Source of the DNA: a virus
DNA: 64,000 nt
Virus record (IMG/VR): IMGVR_UViG_3300048919_000123
Span: 1 to 64,000 of that record
Direction: 5' to 3' (one strand)
The notes beneath the pieces are model-generated. The model was not told where the DNA came from and did not search any database. It worked only from the letters and a program-made list of their open reading frames with translations. Position numbers and translations under genes: made by a program. This document shows positions 1-8,810 of the stretch, piece by piece (within the stretch, counting starts at the first letter, position 1; each line of letters opens with the position of its first letter).

Positions 1-39
1 CATCTCTGCACTTCACCATTTCGTGAAAGGACTGCTTCA

Positions 40-1116
40 ATGAAAAACATCACCATCTTCACCGACCCGCACCTGGGTACGTCCCGGGCAGCGCACACCA
101 CCCGGGAGTCCTCGCAGAAGCTGCAGGACGAGCTGTACTTGCAGTCGATGACCATCGTCAACACCGGCGAGCACCCCAAAGTCTGCGTCGGTGACCTGTT
201 CGACAAGGCGTTCAACGCCGAGCGCGTAATTGCTCAGGGTTACAACGTGGCAACGGGCTGCGCCTGGACGCTGGCTGGCAACCACGACGAGACCAACCGC
301 GAGGGCACGCTGCCTTCGCTGCGCCTGCTGAAAGAGATGGGCGTGCCGATCATCGCGTCACCCAACCTGAGCGATCCGTTCTTCGACTGCCATGAGTCGC
401 TGTACTTTGTGCCGCACCACGCCAGCCAGGAACTTTTCGAGCAGGCGATGCGCGATGCGGCTGACCACGCAGCGACTCACCGCGACGGCCTGGCCAGCTA
501 CCTGTTCCTGCACTGCAATTACGACTTCGACCTGGCCACCGAGGACAGCACGCTGAACCTGCGCCGGGACTTTGCCAAAGAGTTGATCGCAGCGTTCGAC
601 TACATCTTCATCGGCCACGAGCACAACGGTTCGACCGACCTCGGGGGCCAAGTCGTGGTGCTGGGCAACATCCACCCGACCAGCTTCCACGACGTCGGCG
701 ACAAGTTCATCTACCACCTGGAGCTGGACACCGCCACGCTGACCAAAGAGCTGGTCTGGTCGGAGAAAGAGCGGTATCGCGAGATCAAGCTGAACAGCGA
801 GATCCCGGACATGGCCGGCGTCCAGTTCGTCGACGTCACCGGCGCCGACAGTGTGTCCAACGCGGTCGAGGTCAGCGAGTTTGTCCGCGAGATCTGGAAG
901 GCTGCGGAGTACCAAGCTGAAGACGAGCCAGGGAAGATCTGCAGCGAACTGTTCGCCGTGCGCAACAAGGTCGAGATCCTCGACTCGCTGAAGGACGTGG
1001 ACACCGACATCGAGGGCGTGGTGGCCGAAGATCTGCAGACCCGCATTGCCCGGGATCTGGAAGGCAGCGACCTCGCCCCTCTCTTCGCTGAACTGGTACA
1101 GAAGGTGAATGCATGA
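40..1116 (+). CDS. sbcD: SbcD/Mre11-like metallophosphoesterase nuclease
   Basis: Metallophosphoesterase motifs DPH, GDLFD, GNHD and GHEH; lies upstream of an SbcC-like ATPase. Confidence 0.9.
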   Translation: MKNITIFTDPHLGTSRAAHTTRESSQKLQDELYLQSMTIVNTGEHPKVCVGDLFDKAFNAERVIAQGYNVATGCAWTLAGNHDETNREGTLPSLRLLKEMGVPIIASPNLSDPFFDCHESLYFVPHHASQELFEQAMRDAADHAATHRDGLASYLFLHCNYDFDLATEDSTLNLRRDFAKELIAAFDYIFIGHEHNGSTDLGGQVVVLGNIHPTSFHDVGDKFIYHLELDTATLTKELVWSEKERYREIKLNSEIPDMAGVQFVDVTGADSVSNAVEVSEFVREIWKAAEYQAEDEPGKICSELFAVRNKVEILDSLKDVDTDIEGVVAEDLQTRIARDLEGSDLAPLFAELVQKVNA

Positions 1117-1853
1117 GCGCCAAGCCATTCCTTGCACCCTACAAAAAGCTGAAGGACGTCGGCGTCGGCTACTACGAAGACGTGATAGGCCGGGAGCCTA
1201 ACTACATTCAGGGCAAAACGGCTATCTACCTTGACCCTCGCGGCGACACGTCGTTTGTGTCGGCCCTCCCGGCCCATTACGCCAAGTTCTTCGGCAATTA
1301 CATCCCGCTGTTCAGGCAGCAGGAAATTGAGCGAGACCAAAAAACAGGCGCCTATTTCGTGCGGACTAAGTCGAGCCTGGACACCATGGAAAAGCTGCTG
1401 CGAGAAATCGGCCGGGAGTTCTACCAGAGGGTGTTACACGCTTCACGGGTAAAGGTTATCGCCTATACCGTGGCCTACGTTGCTCGCGATTCCAACGGTC
1501 GCCCGGTATCCAAAGGTCAGCCAACCTTCCAGGAGATACCTGTCCTCGGCTTCCACTACGGTGTCCGCTACCTGGTGGATAACAAGCTGTACGAGCTGGA
1601 GATCGTCGAGGATGACCAGGATCGGGAGAAGGAAACCCTGTCTGGCACCCACTTCAGCAACGACAGGTTCCATGCAGGCCAGACCATTGAGTGGAGCGCC
1701 GAAGCGGAGGCTGCCTGTGCAGCGTTCAAGGCGTCCATCGAAGGTATCGGCCAGCGCATGCACGACTTCTTCAGCCAGCCGTCTGAAGCGCTGAAACTGG
1801 CGCTGGAAAGCCGAATTAACCCACTGCTTGCAGCCCCGGAGAAACAAGCATGA
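1113..1853 (+). CDS. hypothetical protein
   Basis: 246-aa ORF with ATGA overlaps to both neighbours. Confidence 0.8.
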   Translation: MSAKPFLAPYKKLKDVGVGYYEDVIGREPNYIQGKTAIYLDPRGDTSFVSALPAHYAKFFGNYIPLFRQQEIERDQKTGAYFVRTKSSLDTMEKLLREIGREFYQRVLHASRVKVIAYTVAYVARDSNGRPVSKGQPTFQEIPVLGFHYGVRYLVDNKLYELEIVEDDQDREKETLSGTHFSNDRFHAGQTIEWSAEAEAACAAFKASIEGIGQRMHDFFSQPSEALKLALESRINPLLAAPEKQA

Positions 1854-2188
1854 ACGAACCAATGCTGAAGATCGGCGACAAGGTACTGGTCACCACCTAC
1901 GACTGGTTTATGGCGCCGGACGGCTCCACGTACAAAGCGGCGTTCGGCACCGTTAAAGCGGTGCTGGATTCGCAGCAGACTCTGGGCGTGAAGACCAACG
2001 CCCGCTCCACCAACTGGTACGCGGTGATCGGCAACATCACCATCGCCGGCTGCCAGATCAACTACGCGGTGAAGACCGAGCGCTGCAACCTTGGGCCGGC
2101 GAAAAGTTTCGCCACCAAGGACGGGGTAGTCAACGAGTACAACGTGCCCTCCACGATCTACAACGCCGACCAGGAGTATTTCGGATGA
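1850..2188 (+). CDS. hypothetical protein
   Basis: 112-aa ORF, ATGA-coupled. Confidence 0.8.
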   Translation: MNEPMLKIGDKVLVTTYDWFMAPDGSTYKAAFGTVKAVLDSQQTLGVKTNARSTNWYAVIGNITIAGCQINYAVKTERCNLGPAKSFATKDGVVNEYNVPSTIYNADQEYFG

Positions 2189-2781
2189 ACAATTTCCGGT
2201 TCAACGGTTACTGCAACATCGCTCAGGGCATCCCGGGCGCCACTGACAAGGTCGACCAGATCCTCGACGAGCTGGTGGACGAGGTCGACACGCTGTCCCG
2301 TAAGGGCATCCTGCCGGAAGGTGACATCGAGCGCCTGGAGCGTGCCGCCGGCCGTGCTGAGCTGTTCCTGCGACCACAGAGCGAGGAGCCGGCACCGTGG
2401 ATTGGCCAGCTGGCCGATGCCAACTTCAACGGGCTGAGCCCGGCGCAGACTGAGCGCCTGGCCATCCTGATGGAAGAGTGCGGCGAGGTGGTGCAGATCA
2501 TCGGCAAGATCCTGCGCCACGGGTACGAAAGCGGCAGCCCGTTCGGCCATAACCCTGAGACAAACCGCCAGGCTCTGATTCGTGAGCTGTTCGATGTGAA
2601 GGCAGCCGCCATGCTGATCGACATCGACCTGCCTGAGCTGGCACAGGGCGTCGAAGTGGAAGCGGAAGTCGCGCAGGCTGCTGACCTCGCCATCCAAAAG
2701 GCCTTCGTCAAGAAGTTGTCCTACTCCCACCACCAGGGCGAGGACTTCGGCGAATACATGGCTGCAATGGAGGGCTTGTGA
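2185..2781 (+). CDS. MazG-like NTP pyrophosphohydrolase domain protein
   Basis: EECGEVVQIIGKILRHG...ELFDV matches the MazG EExxE...ExxD metal-binding pattern. Confidence 0.7.
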   Translation: MNNFRFNGYCNIAQGIPGATDKVDQILDELVDEVDTLSRKGILPEGDIERLERAAGRAELFLRPQSEEPAPWIGQLADANFNGLSPAQTERLAILMEECGEVVQIIGKILRHGYESGSPFGHNPETNRQALIRELFDVKAAAMLIDIDLPELAQGVEVEAEVAQAADLAIQKAFVKKLSYSHHQGEDFGEYMAAMEGL

Positions 2782-3194
2782 ACGGCGAGAAAATGGGGAT
2801 CAGCTTGCGCTGGTCTCCGCCGCAGCCGAGCGAAGCAGAGTTGGCGGCTATAGCCCGCGCCAGCTCACGGCCTGTAGAGGTGCTGTACTTCAGCAACCCT
2901 AGCAAGTCGGATCGGATTCGCGCTTCGTTCGCGCAGTGTGGGCGCACCGAGACGAATATGGCCTGGCTGCGTGAGCAGCTGCGGGATAAAAACCTGTTCT
3001 ACCCCGATCTGGATCTGGCGAGGGCAAAGGCCGAGTCATACCGCCGGTATTACACGATCAACACGGCATTAAGCCAGGAGCAGGTGGATCAGTACATCGA
3101 CTACCTGTTCTACCAGTTCAGCGCACCGCGCGAACGTAACCTCAACGCCAGCCGACTCTCGCTGGCGGTTTCACTCGCCGTCAAATCAATGTAA
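2778..3194 (+). CDS. hypothetical protein
   Basis: GTG start overlapping the upstream stop, GGAGG RBS. Confidence 0.7.
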   Translation: MNGEKMGISLRWSPPQPSEAELAAIARASSRPVEVLYFSNPSKSDRIRASFAQCGRTETNMAWLREQLRDKNLFYPDLDLARAKAESYRRYYTINTALSQEQVDQYIDYLFYQFSAPRERNLNASRLSLAVSLAVKSM

Positions 3195-3233
3195 CCTCGC
3201 TACTTAGCGAAGAATCCCTATCTAGGAGGCGCC

Positions 3234-5498
3234 ATGCGTCTGTTATCACTCGTCACCACCAACTTCAAGAAGTTGGGCAACTTCACCGCGGATTTCACAG
3301 CTGGCCTGAACGTCATCGCCGGCGACAATGCCAAGGGTAAGTCGACCACCCTGCAGGCCATCGAAGCCGCGCTGTTCGGCGTCACCGTCGTGCCTGGCAA
3401 GAAGGAAAACATCCCGACTTGGGGCCAGACCAAGTTCACCCTCGAGCTGAAGTACGAGCTGCATGACGGCGTGTACACCCTGACCCGCAACAACACCACC
3501 GCCAAGCTGAACCGCAAGAATCACGACGGCACCGTGGAGCTGGTTGCCAACGGCAACACCCCGGTCACTGCGGCCGTGGAAGAGATGCTGGGCCTGGCCG
3601 CCAAAGACTGGAACCTGTTCGTACAGTCCCGTCAGGGCTCCTCGGCAGGCATCCTGGACTTCGGCGCCACCGCGCTGAACAAGAAGGTCGAAGAGTTCGC
3701 CGGCGTTGACCTGATCGACAAGGTGCAGGTTGAAGCGCAGCGTCAGGCCACCCAGAACCTGAGTTTGGCTGAAGCCAACACCGTTTCGGAAGAAGACATC
3801 AAGGCTGCCGCGGACGAACGCCAAGCAGCCAGTGAAGCCAAGCAGTTGGCCGGCGTGAACGTCGAAGCAGCAGTGCAGGAGCTGGAAGCCCACGGCTCCT
3901 TCCAGCAAGCTCAGCCACCCGCCACTGAACCGATGCGTCAAGCGATCCGCGACGTCGAAACCCTGTGCAATAAAATCGGTGTGGCAGAGGTGCAGGTCAA
4001 AAACATGCAGGAGCGCGTCGACGAGGCCAAGAAACGCCTTGAAGGTCGCGAACTGCAGGACGCTGCCGCGCTGCAGGCTGAATTGCAGAAGGCCAAGACC
4101 GCCGGCGGCGAGCTGGCAGTTGCTGAAAAGAACCTGCAGGAAGAAGCCTCGCACCGCAAAGCTGTGCAGCAGGACACCGATGAGGCGGATCTGATTCTGA
4201 ACACTCGCCAGGTCGAGTTCACCGCCAACTGGGCAGAGTTCGAGGAAGACGAGCTCACCGCCGAGATCACCTTGCTGGATAAGGCGATCCCCGCCGCCGA
4301 AGCCGATCTGGCAGCGCGCCAAGAAGAGGTCGGCAAGGCCAAGGGTGCTTACGACAACCTGATTATGCTGGCCGACGGCGCCGTGTGCCCAACCTGCAAC
4401 CGCGCCAAGGAAGAGCACGACCCGGTCAAGCTGGCTGCCGAGGCCGAAGAAGCGCGCGTCTACTGGGAAGGTCGCAAGGAGTCCGTGGCCACACTGCAGA
4501 AGGGCATCACGGCCAGCAAGACCCGCCGCACTGCTCTGCAGAACACCCTGGCCGACTACAACAAGGCCGCGGCCGGCGTGGACAGCGCTGCTGAGGGGTT
4601 CAAGCGGAACACCGAAGACCTGGCCAAGCTGCGTAAAGCTGAAGACATCCAGAAGGATCTCGATGCAGCCACCTTAGCGCTTACCGCCAGCCGTGAGGCC
4701 TATGCTGAGCTGAACGCCAAGCTGAAGGGTGTCACCGCAGCCAACGAGGCGTTCACCAACGACACCCAGGCGCTGGCCAAGGCCGAGAAGGCGCTGAGCG
4801 ATAACGAGGTAGCGCTGAAGCTGCTAAACGACCAGTTGGAGGCCATGCCTGAGCCACCAACAGACGAGGAACTGGCCGCCGCTGTGCGCGCTGAGACGAG
4901 CTACCAGCAGGCTCTGAATGACTTCAACGCAGCCAAACAGGCCCTGACTTTTGCCGTGTCGGAAGCGAAGTCGGCGTTCCGTTTCGAAGAGCAGAAGCAC
5001 GCCAATGCCGAGGACAAATGCGAGCAGCATAAAGCCACGGCTGAAAAAGCGCTGGAACACACCACCCTGGCCAAAAAGTACAGCCGGCTGGTGCAGTTCC
5101 TGCGTGAGCGCCGCCAGCAGTACCTGAAGGAAGTCTGGGACACCGTGATGGGCGTATCCAGCCGGCTGGTGCGCACCGCCTCGAAGGATCTGATCACCAA
5201 GATCACCAACGAGGAAGGCGAGTTCCTGTTCGAAGAAGACGGCATCATGGCACCGACTGCCAGCGCTTCCGGCGCCCAGAAGGCCATGATCGGCGTCTCG
5301 CTGCGGGTCGGCTTGGCCCGGGCGCTGTACGGCAAGGACAGCCTGCTGATCTTCGACGAGCCGACCGAGTCGTGCCGTGAACACAACGCAGCCTCCCTGG
5401 CCGCGATGATTGCCCGCAGCGCTCAACAGGTGCTGCTGATCACTCACCGCGAAACCGACCAGGCGCTGGCCGAAAACATCGTCAACGTAGGAGAGTGA
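3234..5498 (+). CDS. sbcC: SbcC/Rad50-like SMC ATPase
   Basis: Walker A GDNAKGKST, long coiled coil, zinc hook CPTC, signature ASGAQ, Walker B LIFDEP, H-loop ITH; AGGAGG RBS. Confidence 0.93.
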   Translation: MRLLSLVTTNFKKLGNFTADFTAGLNVIAGDNAKGKSTTLQAIEAALFGVTVVPGKKENIPTWGQTKFTLELKYELHDGVYTLTRNNTTAKLNRKNHDGTVELVANGNTPVTAAVEEMLGLAAKDWNLFVQSRQGSSAGILDFGATALNKKVEEFAGVDLIDKVQVEAQRQATQNLSLAEANTVSEEDIKAAADERQAASEAKQLAGVNVEAAVQELEAHGSFQQAQPPATEPMRQAIRDVETLCNKIGVAEVQVKNMQERVDEAKKRLEGRELQDAAALQAELQKAKTAGGELAVAEKNLQEEASHRKAVQQDTDEADLILNTRQVEFTANWAEFEEDELTAEITLLDKAIPAAEADLAARQEEVGKAKGAYDNLIMLADGAVCPTCNRAKEEHDPVKLAAEAEEARVYWEGRKESVATLQKGITASKTRRTALQNTLADYNKAAAGVDSAAEGFKRNTEDLAKLRKAEDIQKDLDAATLALTASREAYAELNAKLKGVTAANEAFTNDTQALAKAEKALSDNEVALKLLNDQLEAMPEPPTDEELAAAVRAETSYQQALNDFNAAKQALTFAVSEAKSAFRFEEQKHANAEDKCEQHKATAEKALEHTTLAKKYSRLVQFLRERRQQYLKEVWDTVMGVSSRLVRTASKDLITKITNEEGEFLFEEDGIMAPTASASGAQKAMIGVSLRVGLARALYGKDSLLIFDEPTESCREHNAASLAAMIARSAQQVLLITHRETDQALAENIVNVGE

Positions 5499-5713
5499 GC
5501 ATGTGGAAAATCAGCTTGGAGAAGCTGGGTAAAGACGGTCACGGCGCCACCGTGACCTTCATCACCCCGGGTGGCCATAGCAAAAAGGTCGAAGGCAATA
5601 TCACCGACGGCGGGTACGTCTTCACCATGGAGGGTGGGCCTGGCGAGTTGCAGGTGGAGCACGCTGAAGGGGTAGAGGTGGAATTCGAAGTGCTGAAAAT
5701 TACCGAGGACTGA
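5495..5713 (+). CDS. hypothetical protein
   Basis: 72-aa ORF coupled to the sbcC stop. Confidence 0.7.
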   Translation: MSMWKISLEKLGKDGHGATVTFITPGGHSKKVEGNITDGGYVFTMEGGPGELQVEHAEGVEVEFEVLKITED

Positions 5714-5716
5714 TCC

Positions 5717-6121
5717 ATGAACGTAACAATGACTGAAATACCGAAGCCGCTGGAGTGGTTCCAACACCACAAAGGAATGTGCTATCAGGTGCTCTGCCTG
5801 GCCAAGGGCGATGACATGGACACCTTGAACGTGATCCACCGGGGCCCTGACGGCGCTATCTGGACTCGAGAGATCGGCAACTTCATGGGTCTGCGCGACG
5901 GGGTTCCTCGCTTCAGGAAGATCCCCGAGGGGGAAGCCCCAATTGAACAGCGTGAGCAGGGGATCACCTACAGTGGCTTCAGCGGGGATAACTCAAGGTC
6001 AATGCACATCGAGCCATCCATCCTGTGTGGAACCCTGCTCAGCGTACTGAAGCGGCAGAACATCGACTGCGCTACGGTAAGCGTTGAAGACGGCAAACTG
6101 CGGATCGGGCCTCCGCTATGA
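5717..6121 (+). CDS. DUF1653-like protein
   Basis: HHKGMCYQVLCLA...IWTREIGNF resembles the HxKGxxYxV...WxRxxxxF pattern of DUF1653. Confidence 0.55.
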   Translation: MNVTMTEIPKPLEWFQHHKGMCYQVLCLAKGDDMDTLNVIHRGPDGAIWTREIGNFMGLRDGVPRFRKIPEGEAPIEQREQGITYSGFSGDNSRSMHIEPSILCGTLLSVLKRQNIDCATVSVEDGKLRIGPPL

Positions 6122-6411
6122 GCATCAGCAAAGTCCAGGGCGCGGTCTGCGCTTATTGCGGCCACGCCGAAGAGATCACCCACTGGAACGACCCTGGCAA
6201 GCTGGCGCGGGTGGGCAGCTGGATGTACATCAAGCTGCCCGCCGGCACCAAGGTTCATGAGGAAGGCATACCGCTTTCCAAACTGACCAAGGCTGACCGG
6301 GTAGCGATCGCCTTCCGCACTCGGCACCTGTCCGAGCGCGAGGGCAATATGGAGTACCGGCTGCTCGATGGCAGCACGGTCTTCGGCAAGTTCTGGTGGA
6401 CTCACCCCTAG
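6118..6411 (+). CDS. hypothetical protein
   Basis: 97-aa ORF with ATGA overlap; last gene before the convergence point. Confidence 0.75.
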   Translation: MSISKVQGAVCAYCGHAEEITHWNDPGKLARVGSWMYIKLPAGTKVHEEGIPLSKLTKADRVAIAFRTRHLSEREGNMEYRLLDGSTVFGKFWWTHP

Positions 6412-6412
6412 C

Positions 6413-6440
6413 AACAAAGAGGGCAGCGATCGCTGCCCTC
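6413..6440. terminator. terminator at the convergence of the + and - operons
   Basis: Perfect palindrome GAGGGCAGCGATCGCTGCCCTC (6419-6440), followed on the - strand by TTTGTT. Confidence 0.75.
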
Positions 6441-6444
6441 CCCA

Positions 6445-6978
6445 TCACCCAGCGGTTACGGCCGCCCCCTTCCGCAACAAATCCAATCCCTTTCTTACTG
6501 TGTCGTAAGCGGCTTCACAAGACTGCCCTCGGCTTCGGGCGCTGTCAGCTTCTTTTGCCAGCCCCTCTGCCAGGCGCTGAGATTCTCCAAGCAGCTGGGA
6601 ATACAGATAGGCGGCCGAGGTTGCTGCCGCGCCTCTGCGGGCAACTCCGGGATCACAGGCGGTGGCACTGAAACGCTGATCGGCTGCCGCGAGCAGGCTG
6701 CCAGTAGTGGAAGCAGCCACAGCAGCGTCAGACTCAATTTTCTGGTGTTCATCTCGACCCTTCTGGCCCAGCCGGTTGATTTCTTCCTGCAGGCCGCGCT
6801 CGACGCCCAGCGACTGCTCCTTGGCCGCAGCCGTGGCGGTGTCGAACGTGTTGCGCAGTTCAAGCAGATCCTTGTCCGCTTCCGCCGCCCGGTACTGCCA
6901 GGCAGCGTAGCCGCCGGCGCCGATCCCGATAGCGAGAGCAGCGCCAACGGCAATGATCACCGCCTTTATCTCGATCAC
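6445..6978 (-). CDS. Rz: i-spanin (Rz-like)
   Basis: N-terminal TM helix then helical periplasmic domain with C-terminal CEAAY; follows the endolysin. Confidence 0.85.
   Translation of the reverse strand: MIEIKAVIIAVGAALAIGIGAGGYAAWQYRAAEADKDLLELRNTFDTATAAAKEQSLGVERGLQEEINRLGQKGRDEHQKIESDAAVAASTTGSLLAAADQRFSATACDPGVARRGAAATSAAYLYSQLLGESQRLAEGLAKEADSARSRGQSCEAAYDTVRKGLDLLRKGAAVTAG
6495..6752 (-). CDS. Rz1: o-spanin lipoprotein (Rz1-like), embedded in Rz
   Basis: MNTRKLSLTLLWLLPLLAAC signal with lipobox LAAC, Pro-rich mature part, alternative frame inside Rz. Confidence 0.85.
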   Translation of the reverse strand: MNTRKLSLTLLWLLPLLAACSRQPISVSVPPPVIPELPAEARQQPRPPICIPSCLENLSAWQRGWQKKLTAPEAEGSLVKPLTTQ

Positions 6979-7523
6979 GCGGCGATCTTCGACTTGGCCA
7001 GCTTGTAGCGCTCGATCCGGTCGGACAGCCCGTTGATGCCGCCATTGATCTTGCGCGTGATGGTGGTGAACTGCTCCTGGTCAGCTAGCGCATTCAGCCC
7101 GTTCTTCTTCCAGTACCAGGCGGCTGACTTCGCCGCCCACTCTGGCTGCTCGAGCTGCTGAGGATTTTCCAGCAGACGGTCATCACCGAACAGCGCGCGG
7201 CTGCACGCTCGATAGTTGGCCCGGCCGGTAACCTGAATCAAACCGCGGCCGGCGTACTTCTGGCCATCACCGTCGGCTTCCGGGGTGTTGCCCAGCGCTG
7301 CAGCCAGCTTGCCGGTGTCGTACTTGCTCAGGTACTTGTCGTTGCCCAGCTCCTTGACGTAGACCAGGCCCTGAGTTTCGTGGCCGACCTGTGCAAGGAA
7401 CGCTGCCTGGCGCAGCGGGTTGTTGATCTCGGCGTACTCGAACGCCATGTTCATCGCTGCTTCCCACTTCTGCGCGCGCGCGAGTGGGATGCCCATTGCG
7501 CTGGCCAATCCTTTAGCGTCCAT
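6975..7523 (-). CDS. endolysin, glycoside hydrolase family 19
   Basis: AAFLAQVGHE, YAGRGLIQVTGRANY, SAAWYW and ITRKINGG motifs; start moved to ATG 7523. Confidence 0.92.
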   Translation of the reverse strand: MDAKGLASAMGIPLARAQKWEAAMNMAFEYAEINNPLRQAAFLAQVGHETQGLVYVKELGNDKYLSKYDTGKLAAALGNTPEADGDGQKYAGRGLIQVTGRANYRACSRALFGDDRLLENPQQLEQPEWAAKSAAWYWKKNGLNALADQEQFTTITRKINGGINGLSDRIERYKLAKSKIAA

Positions 7524-7830
7524 ATGGCAGTCTCTTTCGGGTGTTGTGGAGGACTTTGGCGACGTTGCCGCCGTTGGCGACAACAAGAACCGTGACCACT
7601 GCTACGAAGAGCACCAGCCAGATTTCGGAGTTGGGAGCGATCCTTGAGAAACCAGAGTAGCCCTGTGTGGCCAGGGCCAGCGAGGTGCCGGCCAAAAGGA
7701 AGGCCAGCACACTGGAGAACCACCTGGTGCGGTGTTCGCTGGTGTAGGCGATCACCGAGATGAAGGTGATCATGTGAAGAACTATGCGAATGCTCAGAAG
7801 CACTTCCCCGTAAGTAGGATCATTGCTCAT
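7513..7830 (-). CDS. holin
   Basis: 105 aa, three hydrophobic segments, basic C-terminus, NGGNVA motif, directly upstream of the lysin. Confidence 0.75.
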   Translation of the reverse strand: MSNDPTYGEVLLSIRIVLHMITFISVIAYTSEHRTRWFSSVLAFLLAGTSLALATQGYSGFSRIAPNSEIWLVLFVAVVTVLVVANGGNVAKVLHNTRKRLPYGR

Positions 7831-8215
7831 CGCCGCCTCGCTTTAACCGTAGGATTGCGTTAATCAGTGAAGACATCCACTGCGGAAGGTCACCATCGTT
7901 CTTGACCATCAGGTTGATGGCGCCGAGAACCCCGGAGGCGACCGCAGCACCAATTACTGCTGCCAGCATCGAACTGTTGCTGGAAAAAGCTATCCCCACA
8001 GCGTAGCCGAACCCCCAAGACACCACTGTGAGTCCAATTTTTCTGATAAGTTTTATAATCCACGACTCTACAACAGGGTCGGGGAGGAGAATGAAGAAAA
8101 CACAGCCGAAGGATGCTCCCATCGCAGACCCTGGATGCAACTGCTCCAGGACGGCGTATAAGGACATCGCGAACATCGTCAGCCATCCTGTGCTCGAAGC
8201 TGGATCAGTAGTCAT
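7820..8215 (-). CDS. putative holin/antiholin membrane protein
   Basis: Multi-TM 131-aa protein heading the lysis cassette. Confidence 0.65.
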   Translation of the reverse strand: MTTDPASSTGWLTMFAMSLYAVLEQLHPGSAMGASFGCVFFILLPDPVVESWIIKLIRKIGLTVVSWGFGYAVGIAFSSNSSMLAAVIGAAVASGVLGAINLMVKNDGDLPQWMSSLINAILRLKRGGDEQ

Positions 8216-8246
8216 CAGCGGCTATTTCCTTATAACGTGTGCGCGC

Positions 8247-8275
8247 AGGATAGCCGTTTGCCACTGTGCCCACAA
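8247..8275 (-). promoter_or_regulatory. sigma70-like promoter of the lysis cassette
   Basis: TTGTGG-17 bp-TATCCT on the - strand. Confidence 0.45.
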
Positions 8276-8311
8276 GGAAGGCACCGTGGCATCCGTCGGA
8301 GGTTGGATCCA

Positions 8312-8773
8312 TCAGTACCATCGCCCGATGGCTATAAAACGGATATAAAAGGTCTGAGCCGTTGCGCCATTGCGAATCACCACGTTGGCCGTGTTTGCAG
8401 ACAGCCCGTTAGCGTTGGTTACCCCGTAATGGTCGTTTGTCGAGTTAGGCCCAGCCGAGGCCGCGATTGTAAAGTTGGCGTCTACAAATGACACAGGGAA
8501 CGTCAGCGTAACCGCCGTGCCTACGTTGTTCGCGGAGATAGATCCTGTGAGGTAAGGCGCGCTGGCAGTCCACAAAATCATTGTGCCGTCGGCGTACTTG
8601 ACCCACTCCCTACCCCCATTAGCTCCGCGCTCCACAATAGCCCCAGTGGGGATCCCGGAAGCTTGGCTGACTGGGCCAACTGCGGCTTCTCCGATAACGG
8701 CCTTCCCCGTCCCCCCTAAAGACTGAGGGATAGGGAATCGCAGTTTCGACAGTACCCATGCAATGGAATTCAT
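8312..8773 (-). CDS. stand-alone tail-fibre C-terminal (tip) domain protein
   Basis: VSQASGIPTGAIVERG...VKYADGTMILW...FPVSF...AIGRWY is typical of Pseudomonas phage/pyocin fibre C-termini. Confidence 0.75.
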   Translation of the reverse strand: MNSIAWVLSKLRFPIPQSLGGTGKAVIGEAAVGPVSQASGIPTGAIVERGANGGREWVKYADGTMILWTASAPYLTGSISANNVGTAVTLTFPVSFVDANFTIAASAGPNSTNDHYGVTNANGLSANTANVVIRNGATAQTFYIRFIAIGRWY

Positions 8774-8810
8774 CCTGATCTCCGTACTGCCCCTAAGGGG
8801 CAGCTATCGC

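Noticed and set aside
3246-4418. 390-aa - strand ORF and similar antisense ORFs over + strand genes
   Set aside because: Fully overlaps sbcC on the opposite strand; codon-bias artefact
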